Of a DNA stretch of 64,000 nucleotides, positions 29,246 to 38,662 are shown in pieces. The stretch's first letter is position 1; each line of letters begins with the position of its first letter. A program made the position numbers and the translations under genes. Location: NCBI GenBank assembly GCA_963778605.1, contig CAVZVF010000001.1, forward strand, positions 857,757-921,756, in the 5' to 3' direction. The notes under the pieces were generated by a model. It saw only the letters and a list, made by a program, of their open reading frames with translations. It did not search any database and was not told the DNA's origin. Source of the stretch: an uncultured Bacteroidales bacterium (GTDB lineage: Bacteria; Bacteroidota; Bacteroidia; Bacteroidales; VadinHA17).

Positions 29246-30610
29246 CTATACAATTTCAGGTAATAAATAAGGTGCCCGGTATTCTCTGGTAAGCATACTG
29301 TTTGCTTCATTTTCTCCTTCACCTATAAACCGTTCTGCAACAGGGTCAAATTCGAGCTGGCGGCCAAGGCGATGACTTATATTGCCCAGATGAGCCAGCG
29401 ATGACGCTAAATGTCCGCTCTGAACAGGTCCGTTCTGAATACCCATGTCACGTGCCCGTATAGCATCAAACCAGTTCTTGAAATGAAGGGTCAGTTCCCC
29501 GCTTTCTGATCTGCCTGGTCCTTTTTCCCTCTTTTCACCAAGGTAGGTCTGATATGTTCCGTATCCGTTAACAACCAGATAGCCTTTATCGCCATAGAAA
29601 ATATTGCCAACACCGGCCCCATCTTCCAGATTGGTGCACCAGTTCCGTACCTCAAACTGAATCATTTTCTTTTCTTTCGGATAGTGGTAAATGGAAGTCT
29701 GGATTTCCGGTACTTCTTTGCAGTCGTCCCACAGAAATTTACCTCCCATGGATGTAATACGTTCGGGTAATGTATCTACATCCAGGCCCCACATGCAAAG
29801 ATCAGTTTCATGAATTCCCTGGTTGCCTACATCGCCATTGCCATAATTCCAATGCCAGTGCCAGTTGTAATGAACCAGGTTTTTGGTAAAGGGGCGCATG
29901 GGGGCAGGGCCGCACCATAAATCATAATTCAGTCCGGCAGGTGTTTGTGAAATTCCTTTATCCCCGATATCAGGACGCCAGCGGTATACAAGTCCACGCG
30001 ACATGTAAACGCGTCCGATCAGTCCGTCCCGCAAATGCTGAACAGCTTCCCTTATAGCAACCGAACTGCGCAACTGAACACCGTGCTGAACAATGCGATT
30101 ATATTTATAGGCTGCCTCAATCATCTTTTTGCCTTCATAGATGTTGTGGGTTGCCGGTTTTTCCACATAAACATCTTTTCCGGCCTGACAAGCCCATATT
30201 GTCATCAGAGCATGCCAATGGTTCGGTGCTGCCACAGTTACCGCATCAATGGTTTTATCTTCAAGGGTCTTTCTGAAATCCTGTTCGATTAAAACCTTTT
30301 TGCCATATTTTTTTTCAAAATCTCCGGCCTTTTCCTGAAGTATGACCATATCGGGATCGCATAGAACCGCAACCTCTACATTTGCCTTTCCTGATAGCCC
30401 CATAATTTCCTCAATATGTGAGTTTCCACGACCATTAACACCGAATACCGCAACACGAAGCCGGTCGTTTGCACCTTTTACACCTGCCGGTATAATTTCA
30501 GGCATTATTACTTCTGCTTTAAGAACAGAGGGAGTAACAGCCGCTATTGCGACTCCTTTGCCTACGTTTTTTACAAATGACCTTCTTGAGTTTAGCTTTT
30601 TATTTTCCAT
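29246..30610 (-). CDS. Gfo/Idh/MocA-family oxidoreductase with Tat signal
   Basis: 454-aa intact ORF with a twin-arginine signal (SRRSFVKNVGKGVAIAAV) and a Rossmann N-terminus (LRVAVFGVNGRGNSH). Confidence 0.9.
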   Translation of the reverse strand: MENKKLNSRRSFVKNVGKGVAIAAVTPSVLKAEVIMPEIIPAGVKGANDRLRVAVFGVNGRGNSHIEEIMGLSGKANVEVAVLCDPDMVILQEKAGDFEKKYGKKVLIEQDFRKTLEDKTIDAVTVAAPNHWHALMTIWACQAGKDVYVEKPATHNIYEGKKMIEAAYKYNRIVQHGVQLRSSVAIREAVQHLRDGLIGRVYMSRGLVYRWRPDIGDKGISQTPAGLNYDLWCGPAPMRPFTKNLVHYNWHWHWNYGNGDVGNQGIHETDLCMWGLDVDTLPERITSMGGKFLWDDCKEVPEIQTSIYHYPKEKKMIQFEVRNWCTNLEDGAGVGNIFYGDKGYLVVNGYGTYQTYLGEKREKGPGRSESGELTLHFKNWFDAIRARDMGIQNGPVQSGHLASSLAHLGNISHRLGRQLEFDPVAERFIGEGENEANSMLTREYRAPYLLPEIV

Positions 30611-30639
30611 TTTTATTAATTTTAGGTTATTCCTGTTTA

Positions 30640-31665
30640 TTATATTTTGTTGAATTCGTTTGCTATTGCATTGATATGATCATCAGAGAGATCACCTCCG
30701 ATTACTATTTTGTGCCTAAACACTATGCTTTCGCCTGGCTTCAGAACCACTTTTACCTCATCTGCTTTCGGATCAACTGCTCGTCCTGCAAGGTTATTTG
30801 TAGCAAAAAGACCATATCCCCGCGCATGAGACCAGGCCGGGTAATTAATATTGTTCTTATTGTCCAGAATAACAAGCGTTATCACTTCTCCTTCCTTTTC
30901 AGCCCGGAGAGCTACCCATGAACTTCTTTTCCCCCATACATCGCCTCCTATTATCCCTTCAGCGTTGCGGTAAACACCGTTAACTCCCTCGTTATTCATT
31001 AGGGGAACTTCAGTAAGATTTCCATTTGCATCCAAAAACTTTTCAGGTTTAAGAGCAGGTTCTTCAAATGCCCTGTCCAGGCGCATGCCTACCAAACCTT
31101 CCTTGTTTTCAGAGAAAGTAACATCTTGTACTGCCGTAAGCCTGGTAGTTCTTTCAATCGTACGGGAATCACCATTTCCCGAAAAGATAAATGAGGATAC
31201 TTCATTCAGGAGAACCGTGTTGTTGATATCAACCCAGTCAGAACTTGTAACCAGTTCCCCTTTCTGAGGATTTTGTGAAACTAATCTTTTAAATTTCACC
31301 GATCCGTATTTTGGTTTATCCTCTGAAGCAATGGCAAACGAATTATTCCAGAAATCAAGGCCGTTTACATTACCAAAGTTTAACCACAAACCTACATGAT
31401 GCGGATGGTCTGTACGTTCAAATGGCCTGGGATTTAAAGGAAATCCACGGGTTATTGTTTTCCCTGAGGCTGTTAGAATGGGATAAAGAGACTGCTTCTC
31501 CATATCATCAGGATAAATATATGCTGTAAAAAACTTACCCCCGATGTAAACCTCAACCTTTTTGCTGTTCATGTCATTTTTAAATTCAACCTTTTCTTTT
31601 GAATTCGATCTGGTGCAAGTAACGGATGTCAACAATACCATAAACATAATACTAAGTGTTTTCAT
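30640..31665 (-). CDS. PmoA-family (DUF6807-like) secreted protein
   Basis: 341-aa intact ORF with a signal peptide. The HPHHVGLWLNFGNVNGLDFWN motif is as I recall for the PmoA/DUF6807 family, which is commonly adjacent to Gfo/Idh/MocA genes. Confidence 0.65.
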   Translation of the reverse strand: MKTLSIMFMVLLTSVTCTRSNSKEKVEFKNDMNSKKVEVYIGGKFFTAYIYPDDMEKQSLYPILTASGKTITRGFPLNPRPFERTDHPHHVGLWLNFGNVNGLDFWNNSFAIASEDKPKYGSVKFKRLVSQNPQKGELVTSSDWVDINNTVLLNEVSSFIFSGNGDSRTIERTTRLTAVQDVTFSENKEGLVGMRLDRAFEEPALKPEKFLDANGNLTEVPLMNNEGVNGVYRNAEGIIGGDVWGKRSSWVALRAEKEGEVITLVILDNKNNINYPAWSHARGYGLFATNNLAGRAVDPKADEVKVVLKPGESIVFRHKIVIGGDLSDDHINAIANEFNKI

Positions 31666-32024
31666 ACTGATTGCTTAATATTTTAAAATTTAACTTTACC
31701 TTAATTTATAAATTGACTTCTTTCCGGTCGTTAAGTTGATTCAATCTTGCCAGTATTGCTAACCAGGATTTTGTATTAGAAGTGAAACCTGAATTCCTCA
31801 TTTTTGAATACTTTTTTTCAGTGACTTTTTTCGATCCGAAATATAACTTATTCTGCTGATTTATTTTCGATTTGTAAAAATAATTTCGACTTTAAGTATT
31901 AAGCTAAAGTTAATCCATATCAGGTACCGGAGAGTTTTACCAATTTAACAGCTAATATATGCCAGGTATCGGTTCACTTCCGTTATAAAGGATTTTCAAT
32001 TCGTTTTTCACAATAAAATTTGTC

Positions 32025-32032
32025 TAATTTTG
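32025..32032 (+). promoter_or_regulatory. Candidate Bacteroidota -7 promoter element (TAnnTTTG)
   Basis: taattttg lies 19 nt upstream of the DUF5063 ATG (32051). This is a sequence match only. Confidence 0.3.
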
Positions 32033-32050
32033 TAGCCAGATTGAAAAGAC

Positions 32051-32671
32051 ATGGATAATACTAATGAACCTGTATACTCAAGGAATGTTATTGAATTTGT
32101 TGCTGTTGCAAACGAATACTGTAAATATGCCGAGCATGCTTCTGAAATAAAAGGAGATGAAATGCTCAGGATTTTACAGCGTTTATTGCCTTTGTTGTAT
32201 CTTAAAGCATCACTATTACCCGAGTTTGAACCCTTTTTTGAAGATGGTAATGAAAAATTTATTACGGAATCTGACTGGTTCAGGATAAATGATGCATTCA
32301 AAGAAAAATTCGGGACCGCGGATGATTATCAGGAGGTATTTGATGAAAAAATAAATGATTCAGAGGGCCCTGTAATTTCAAGCCTTTCGGAGAATATGGC
32401 AGATATATATCAGGATATAAAAAATTTTCTTCTGCTTTACCAGACAGGAACATCAGAAGTTATGAATGACGCTGTTTGGGAATGCAGAATGAACTTTGAA
32501 AATTTCTGGGGTCAGAAACTTGTAAATTCCATGAGGGCAATACATAAATTTATTTATTCGGGTGAAGAGATTCAAAGGAAAGATAACGATGATGATGAAA
32601 ATAATAAAAAGCGAAACACTGCAGACTGGTTTATATCAAGAAGGCAACGGGAGTTCAGAGGGGATGAATAA
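32051..32671 (+). CDS. DUF5063 domain protein
   Basis: 206-aa intact ORF. N-terminal VIEFVAVANEYCKYAEHA and the gene order with a downstream 3'-5' exonuclease are typical of this family in Bacteroidota. Confidence 0.7.
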   Translation: MDNTNEPVYSRNVIEFVAVANEYCKYAEHASEIKGDEMLRILQRLLPLLYLKASLLPEFEPFFEDGNEKFITESDWFRINDAFKEKFGTADDYQEVFDEKINDSEGPVISSLSENMADIYQDIKNFLLLYQTGTSEVMNDAVWECRMNFENFWGQKLVNSMRAIHKFIYSGEEIQRKDNDDDENNKKRNTADWFISRRQREFRGDE

Positions 32672-33255
32672 TAATAAATATATCGAAAATATTTCTGTTG
32701 AAGAGCTTAAAGAGTATGAACTTTCATGGTTCAAAGGCGAAATAATTGTTGTAGAAGATCTTAAAAAATTCAAGGAAATATTTACCACGTCTTAGAAATT
32801 CAAAAATCCTTGGGTTTGATACAGAAACGAAACCTTCCTTCAAAAAAGGACGAAAAAACAAGGTGTCGCTGATCCAGCTTTCAAACAGCGAACTGGCATG
32901 TCTGATCCGGATCAATAAGACCGGGATACCACAGGAGCTTTCTGATCTTCTGTCTGATCCCAGGGTAATTAAGGTAGGTGTAGCAATACATGATGATATA
33001 AAAATTCTTTCCAGTGTTAAAAATTTTTCTCCTGCAGGCTTTATTGATCTGCAGAAATATGTAAGAGATTTTGGCATACAGAGTTCAGGATTAAAAAAGT
33101 TAACCGCTATAGTTCTTGGCTTCAGGATCTCAAAACGTCAGCAGGTAACCGATTGGGAAGCTCTGGAACTTACCGAAGCACAACAGGTTTATGCCGCAAC
33201 AGATGCCTGGGTTTGTTATGAAATATATGATAAACTCGCTAACGAGAGTTTTTAG
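32664..33255 (+). CDS. 3'-5' exonuclease (RNase D / DnaQ-like DEDDy domain); one frame break near 32755-32790
   Basis: The ATG at 32664 overlaps the DUF5063 stop. The N-terminal piece lies in ORF 32562..32795. After a -1/+1 change the frame reads ...LGFDTETKPSFKKGRKNKVSLIQLS and joins ORF 32863..33255 (YAATDAW motif). Repair is possible by changing the A6 run at about 32765 by one base. Confidence 0.8.
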
Positions 33256-33291
33256 AATAAACTATACAAATATTCGAAAATAATAAAATCT

Positions 33292-34473
33292 GTGGATAGG
33301 ATTAAAATAATTCTTAAGTCGGGAAAAGACCAGTCGCTCAGGCGGCTTCATCCCTGGATATTCTCAGGAGCCATTAAGAAAATATATGGTAATCCGGCTG
33401 AGGGAGATCTGGTCGATGTTTATGATAATAAAGATACATTCCTGGCGGTTGGACATTATGCACCCAGTTCCATTGCAGTACGGGTACTTTCATTTGAACA
33501 GGTAACTCCTGATATTGATTTTTTCACAGAAAAGATACGAAATGCAATTAACTTCAGGAAATCAGTGGGTATTTCCGATAACCCCAATCTTAATGTTTAC
33601 AGACTTGTACATGGCGAAGGAGACGGTCTGCCCGGGTTGATTATTGATTATTATAATGGTGTTGCAGTGATGCAGATGCATTCAGTCGGTTTTTACAGAC
33701 TTCGTAATGAAATTACATCTATTCTTACCGGATTGATGAAAGAAAAGGTAACTGCGGTTTACGATAAAAGCGAAGGCACTATTCCTCACATGTCAGACAT
33801 AAAAGGTGTAAATGAATTTCTTTATGGTAATTCAGGTCCGGTTATCGTAACTGAAAACGGTTATAAATTTAAAATAGACTGGGCATCCGGGCAAAAAACC
33901 GGTTTTTTCATTGATCAGAGGGATAACAGGAACCTGCTGGAAAAATATACAGGGGGAAAGAGTGTTTTAAATATGTTCGGTTACACAGGTGGATTTTCAG
34001 TTTATGCAATGAAAAATGCAGAACTGGTCCATACCGTAGATAGTTCAGGTCCCGCTATCAGTCTTGCGGATGAAAATATAAAATTAAATTACGGAGACGA
34101 TACAAGACATTCGTCATTTGAGGTGGATGCCTTTGATTACCTAAATGATATTAAAAACAAATATGATGTTATAATTCTTGATCCTCCTGCATTTGCAAAA
34201 CATAATAATGTCCTTGCAAATGCACTCCAGGGTTATAAACGGCTGAATATAAAAGCTATTGAGCAGATAAAGCCGGGTGGAATTATTTTTACATTTTCCT
34301 GTTCGCAGGTAGTTACAAAAGAGAATTTCAGAAAATCGGTCTTTGCTGCTGCTGCTAATACAGGACGTAATGTAAGGATAATACATCAGCTTAGCCAGCC
34401 ACCTGATCATCCTGTAAATATTTATCACCCTGAAAGTGAATATCTTAAAGGTTTGGTTATTTATGTTGAATAA
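33292..34473 (+). CDS. Class I SAM-dependent rRNA methyltransferase (RlmI-like, PUA-domain)
   Basis: 393-aa intact ORF with a GTG start. It has a PUA-like N-terminus (LRRLHPWIFSGAI), SAM-binding VLNMFGYTGGFSVYA and ILDPPAF. Confidence 0.85.
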   Translation: MDRIKIILKSGKDQSLRRLHPWIFSGAIKKIYGNPAEGDLVDVYDNKDTFLAVGHYAPSSIAVRVLSFEQVTPDIDFFTEKIRNAINFRKSVGISDNPNLNVYRLVHGEGDGLPGLIIDYYNGVAVMQMHSVGFYRLRNEITSILTGLMKEKVTAVYDKSEGTIPHMSDIKGVNEFLYGNSGPVIVTENGYKFKIDWASGQKTGFFIDQRDNRNLLEKYTGGKSVLNMFGYTGGFSVYAMKNAELVHTVDSSGPAISLADENIKLNYGDDTRHSSFEVDAFDYLNDIKNKYDVIILDPPAFAKHNNVLANALQGYKRLNIKAIEQIKPGGIIFTFSCSQVVTKENFRKSVFAAAANTGRNVRIIHQLSQPPDHPVNIYHPESEYLKGLVIYVE

Positions 34474-34480
34474 TAAAACT

Positions 34481-36616
34481 ATGAACACGGATAAGAATAT
34501 TGAACTGGTTGCCAAAAAGCTCGGATTGAACGAATGGCAGGTCGAAAACACAATCAGACTGATGGATGGCGGTGCTACTGTACCGTTTATAAGCAGGTAC
34601 AGGAAAGAGATGACCGGCAGCCTCGATGAGGTTCAACTGATGCACATCAAAGAAGAATATGACAGGTTGAAAGAACTGGATGCCCGCCGTGAAGCTGTAA
34701 TTAAGTCTGTAGAAGAGCAGGAGAAAATGACGCCGGCTCTTCTTCAGAAGATACAGGAAGCGCTTACTATGACAGAGCTTGAAGATATTTACCTGCCATA
34801 CAGACCAAAGCGACGGACACGGGCTACTATTGCCCGTGAAAAAGGACTTGAGCCACTTGCTGTAATTATTCTGGAGCAGCATGAATCTGATCCTTTCACT
34901 AAAGCAGAAGAGTTTTTAAATGATGACGTTACTTCAGCTGGTGATGCAATCGCCGGAGCTTCTGATATAATTGCAGAGTGGATAAATGAAGATGAGAATG
35001 CCAGGAAAAGGATGAGATATCTTTTTGATAAAGAAGCAGTAATTTATTCAAAAGTTGTAAAGGGAAAAGAGACAGAAGGAATTAAGTATAGTGATTATTT
35101 CGACTGGTCAGAACTTCTCAGGAATTGTCCCTCGCATCGGCTTATGGCAATGAGACGGGGCGAGGATGAAGGCTTTTTGCGACTTTCAATAGAACCTCAG
35201 GAAGATAAAGCTCTCGTCATTCTGAATTCATTGTTTATCAAAGGACGGAACAACTCATCTGAAATTGTCGAAGATGCTGTGAAGGATTGCTGGAAGAGGC
35301 TCTTATCTTCTTCCATGGAGACTGAATTCAGAAATATATCGAAGGAGAAAGCAGATATTGAGGCAATTAATGTATTTGCTGATAATCTCCGCCAGTTGCT
35401 TCTTGCTCCGCCATTAGGTGAAAAAAATGTACTTGCAATAGATCCTGGTTTCCGCACAGGTTGTAAGATTGTATGCCTTGACAGGCAGGGAAATCTGATT
35501 CATAATGAAACAATATATCCACATCCTCCGCAGAATCAGACTGCTTTGTCAATAAAAAAGATATTGTCACTGGTAAATGCCTATAAAATTGAAGCTATTG
35601 CTATCGGAAATGGAACTGCAAGCCGCGAGACAGAAGATTTTATGAAATGGATCAAGTTTGAGAGTGACATTCAGGTTTTTGTAGTAAGTGAAGCAGGAGC
35701 TTCAATCTATTCGGCTTCAAAAACTGCACGGGATGAATTTCCCGATTATGATGTTACAGTTCGTGGATCTGTATCTATTGGCAGACGTCTAATGGATCCG
35801 CTGGCTGAACTTGTGAAAATCGATCCGAAATCAATAGGGGTGGGGCAGTACCAGCATGATGTTGATCAGCAGAAACTGCAGAATTCACTTGATGAGACTG
35901 TAATGAGTTGTGTAAATGCCGTAGGCGTTGAAGTGAACACCTCAAGCAGCCATCTTTTGACCTACGTGTCAGGTTTAGGACCTCAGCTTGCTCAGAATAT
36001 TGTTGATTACCGGACCGAGAACGGACCATTTAAATCCCGCAGTGAACTGCTTAAAGTTAAAAGAATGGGGGCAAAGGCATTTGAGCAAAGCGCAGGTTTT
36101 CTTCGTATCCGAAATGCAGGAAATCCGCTTGACTCGAGTGCCGTACACCCCGAAAGCTACCATGTAGTGGAGAAAATGGCACAGGAACTTGGTTGTGATG
36201 TTAAGGAGTTGATTACCAATGAAAGTAAGAGAAAAAGTATTATTCTTGAACGATATATCACTCCGGTTACCGGGCTGCCTACATTAAAAGATATTGTGGA
36301 AGAACTTGCAAAGCCGGGTAGGGATCCCAGGTCCAGGATAAAAGAATTCAGGTTTGCCGACATTCATTCATTGCAGGATTTGAATACGGGGATGGTTGTC
36401 CCGGGAATTGTCACCAATATCACAAAATTCGGAGCTTTTGTCGATATCGGAGTTAAGCAGGATGGCCTGGTACACGTATCAAACCTGAGTAAAAACTATG
36501 TACGGGACCCGTCAACAGTAGTTAAATTAAACCAGCATGTGATGGTAAAAATTATTGCTGTTGATATCGAAAGGAAACGTATTCAATTGTCAATGAAAGA
36601 TATCAGCGAAACTTAG
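34481..36616 (+). CDS. tex: Tex-like transcription accessory protein (S1 RNA-binding domain)
   Basis: Tracked ORF 34436..36616, trimmed to the ATG at 34481 (MNTDKNIELVAKKLGL...ATVPFISRYRKE). It has a YqgF/RuvC-like region, HhH motifs and a C-terminal S1 domain (GIVTNITKFGAFVDIG). Confidence 0.9.
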   Translation: MNTDKNIELVAKKLGLNEWQVENTIRLMDGGATVPFISRYRKEMTGSLDEVQLMHIKEEYDRLKELDARREAVIKSVEEQEKMTPALLQKIQEALTMTELEDIYLPYRPKRRTRATIAREKGLEPLAVIILEQHESDPFTKAEEFLNDDVTSAGDAIAGASDIIAEWINEDENARKRMRYLFDKEAVIYSKVVKGKETEGIKYSDYFDWSELLRNCPSHRLMAMRRGEDEGFLRLSIEPQEDKALVILNSLFIKGRNNSSEIVEDAVKDCWKRLLSSSMETEFRNISKEKADIEAINVFADNLRQLLLAPPLGEKNVLAIDPGFRTGCKIVCLDRQGNLIHNETIYPHPPQNQTALSIKKILSLVNAYKIEAIAIGNGTASRETEDFMKWIKFESDIQVFVVSEAGASIYSASKTARDEFPDYDVTVRGSVSIGRRLMDPLAELVKIDPKSIGVGQYQHDVDQQKLQNSLDETVMSCVNAVGVEVNTSSSHLLTYVSGLGPQLAQNIVDYRTENGPFKSRSELLKVKRMGAKAFEQSAGFLRIRNAGNPLDSSAVHPESYHVVEKMAQELGCDVKELITNESKRKSIILERYITPVTGLPTLKDIVEELAKPGRDPRSRIKEFRFADIHSLQDLNTGMVVPGIVTNITKFGAFVDIGVKQDGLVHVSNLSKNYVRDPSTVVKLNQHVMVKIIAVDIERKRIQLSMKDISET

Positions 36617-36666
36617 TAGTAATGCTGATTGCGCTGATGTCTTGCAGGTCTGACTCAATATAAGGC

Positions 36667-38223
36667 TTATTTTTTAATATCCTGCTTTATGACAGGTTTC
36701 AATGCAGGTTTACCAGGAAGCTTTGCATCCCGCATTGCGGCGTTATATACAAATGATGCGGTAATAATTGCATTGACCTGCAGGTCAGACATAACCAGCC
36801 TTTCATAGGTATCCATTACAGTATGATAACCACGGCCATATTCAATCTCATCCTGGATGAACTGAAAACCTGGTAATCCTATTGCATCAAAAGAAAGATG
36901 ATCTGTTCCACCTGTATTCCTCAGCGTAATGGCGGAACAACCAAGGTCTGCAAACGGTTTAAGCCATTGTTCGAATACAGGTCTTACCATTTCATTTTGC
37001 TGAATATATATTCCCCTGTACCTGCCGGAACCATTGTCCATATTGAAATAGGCAGCAAACTTATCATAATCAGGCTTGTGCTGTTTTGTTTCCGGGTCAG
37101 CCAGATATTTTTCAACATAGCCGCGTGAGCCATTAAGGCCCTGTTCTTCACCTCCCCATAATGCTATCCTTATAGTCCTTCGGGGAGCTATGCCCAGATT
37201 TTTCAATATCCGGAGAGCCTCCATCATGACAATACAACCTGAGGCATTATCCGCGGCACCTGTTCCCCCATGCCATGAATCGATATGGGCACCTACCAGA
37301 ACTACCTCATTTTTGAGAAGTTTGTCAGTTCCCGGTATTTCACCGATCACGTTATACACGGAAGGGGTTGATAAAAATTTGTTCTGAATTTCAATCTCCA
37401 TTACAACAGGTATATTATGACGGATTAACCTTTGCATCCTCCCATGGTCTTCAATGGGCAGGTTGAGTTCCGCAACAGGTTCATTATCTCCCGATTTATA
37501 ATTTGCACCGTTGGATCTCGGAACATTGAAAGTGCCCAGACTGTTCAGAATCACCGCGGCACCTTCACTTTTCAGGAAGTCAGAAATTTTTATAATGAGT
37601 TGTCTCTGAGCGAGTAAAGCAGTTATATCAACAGCAGGTCTTCTGACAGGGGTAGGGGGATTTTCCAGGGTCAGTTCTTTGAGCCTGGTGTCTGAAAGCC
37701 TGCTTGCAAGTGGTTCAAAACTAACTTCATAAGTATTGGAAGATGGCATAAGAATTATCCCGCCTCTTATCTTGCCTTTGTATTTTTCCAGATCATTCTC
37801 AGTTTTGACATCCAGAAGAATTACTTCTCCCTTAATCAATCCGTTTGTGCTTCCCGTCCAGGCAACAGGGTTGCAGGCAAAGTTCACATAATAGGGAGCG
37901 GTCATGGCTGCATAAGTTTTCAGATTATCCCATCCGCCACGACTGAAATCTCTGGTTGCTTCGATCCTTACATTCTGAAAACCAAATTCTTCCATTTTTT
38001 TCATTGCCCACTCGTTTCCCCGGTTATTCCCTGAAGATCCTGTAAGTCGTGGTCCGATGAAATCTGTTAACCAGAATGCCAGCTCCTGAATCTGACTGTT
38101 TTTCTGCTCCTCCTGTTTTATTTTGTAAACCATTTGGAGATCAACATTTTCTGTCTGTGACAATAACCAAAATGGAAGAATAAACAAAAATGACAATGCG
38201 GTTGCAAATTTCTTTATGTTCAT
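36667..38223 (-). CDS. M28-family aminopeptidase, secreted
   Basis: 518-aa intact ORF with a signal peptide and GAHIDSWHGGTGAADNASGCIVMMEA zinc-ligand motifs. Confidence 0.85.
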   Translation of the reverse strand: MNIKKFATALSFLFILPFWLLSQTENVDLQMVYKIKQEEQKNSQIQELAFWLTDFIGPRLTGSSGNNRGNEWAMKKMEEFGFQNVRIEATRDFSRGGWDNLKTYAAMTAPYYVNFACNPVAWTGSTNGLIKGEVILLDVKTENDLEKYKGKIRGGIILMPSSNTYEVSFEPLASRLSDTRLKELTLENPPTPVRRPAVDITALLAQRQLIIKISDFLKSEGAAVILNSLGTFNVPRSNGANYKSGDNEPVAELNLPIEDHGRMQRLIRHNIPVVMEIEIQNKFLSTPSVYNVIGEIPGTDKLLKNEVVLVGAHIDSWHGGTGAADNASGCIVMMEALRILKNLGIAPRRTIRIALWGGEEQGLNGSRGYVEKYLADPETKQHKPDYDKFAAYFNMDNGSGRYRGIYIQQNEMVRPVFEQWLKPFADLGCSAITLRNTGGTDHLSFDAIGLPGFQFIQDEIEYGRGYHTVMDTYERLVMSDLQVNAIITASFVYNAAMRDAKLPGKPALKPVIKQDIKK

Positions 38224-38396
38224 CTGATGAGATTTAAAGGTTTGTTTTCAGAAGATTCAAATGTAGAAAAAAAATGATATCTAACGCCCAACTATGGCTA
38301 TATGATTTAATAATGATTAACATTGCCCGGTTAATTTTACTTTTATCCTCATGAACTCATATTATCGTGCTCTCTATCTTACAACCTCACCCTAAA

Positions 38397-38418
38397 TCCC
38401 TCTCCCGGGGGAGAGGGA
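38397..38418. repeat. GC-rich perfect hairpin (REP-like)
   Basis: tccctctccc-gg-gggagaggga, a 10-bp perfect stem preceded by ctcaccctaaa. It is the same architecture as the element at 25280-25340. Confidence 0.6.
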
Positions 38419-38433
38419 CTTAAATCCAATGAA

Positions 38434-38658
38434 TTTTAACTTTTATCTTTTTACCTTTGTCTTTTAACTTTTAACTTTGAGTCCACTCCGAAAACTTAAA
38501 AAATTCAAAAATGCCACTAAGACACCAAGACACCAAGGTTCACCAAGGATCATGTCCTCAATAGTTTAATTTTGGTATAACCTGGAGCCTTGGAGCCTTG
38601 GTGGCAAAAAAAATACTTTTAGGAGTGGACTCAACTTTAAACTTTTACTTTTAACTTC
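38434..38658. repeat. Nested imperfect palindrome built from short-period words (MITE-like or structured-RNA candidate)
   Basis: The outer inverted repeat is gagtccactcc (38479-38489) / ggagtggactc (38622-38632). The inner arms are gccac-taagacaccaagacaccaaggttcaccaagg (38513-38547) and cctggagccttggagccttggtggc (38581-38605). T-rich direct words (ttaacttttaacttt) lie on both outer flanks. Confidence 0.6.
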
Positions 38659-38662
38659 ATTA

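Noticed and set aside
29221-29322. Longer N-terminal extensions of the tracked ORFs (GH2 from 29322, TIM-barrel protein from 3899, trmD from 51231, Tex from 34436, sigma from 46145)
   Set aside because: Internal ATGs give canonical signal peptides or conserved N-termini. The extensions overlap upstream genes or read as junk.
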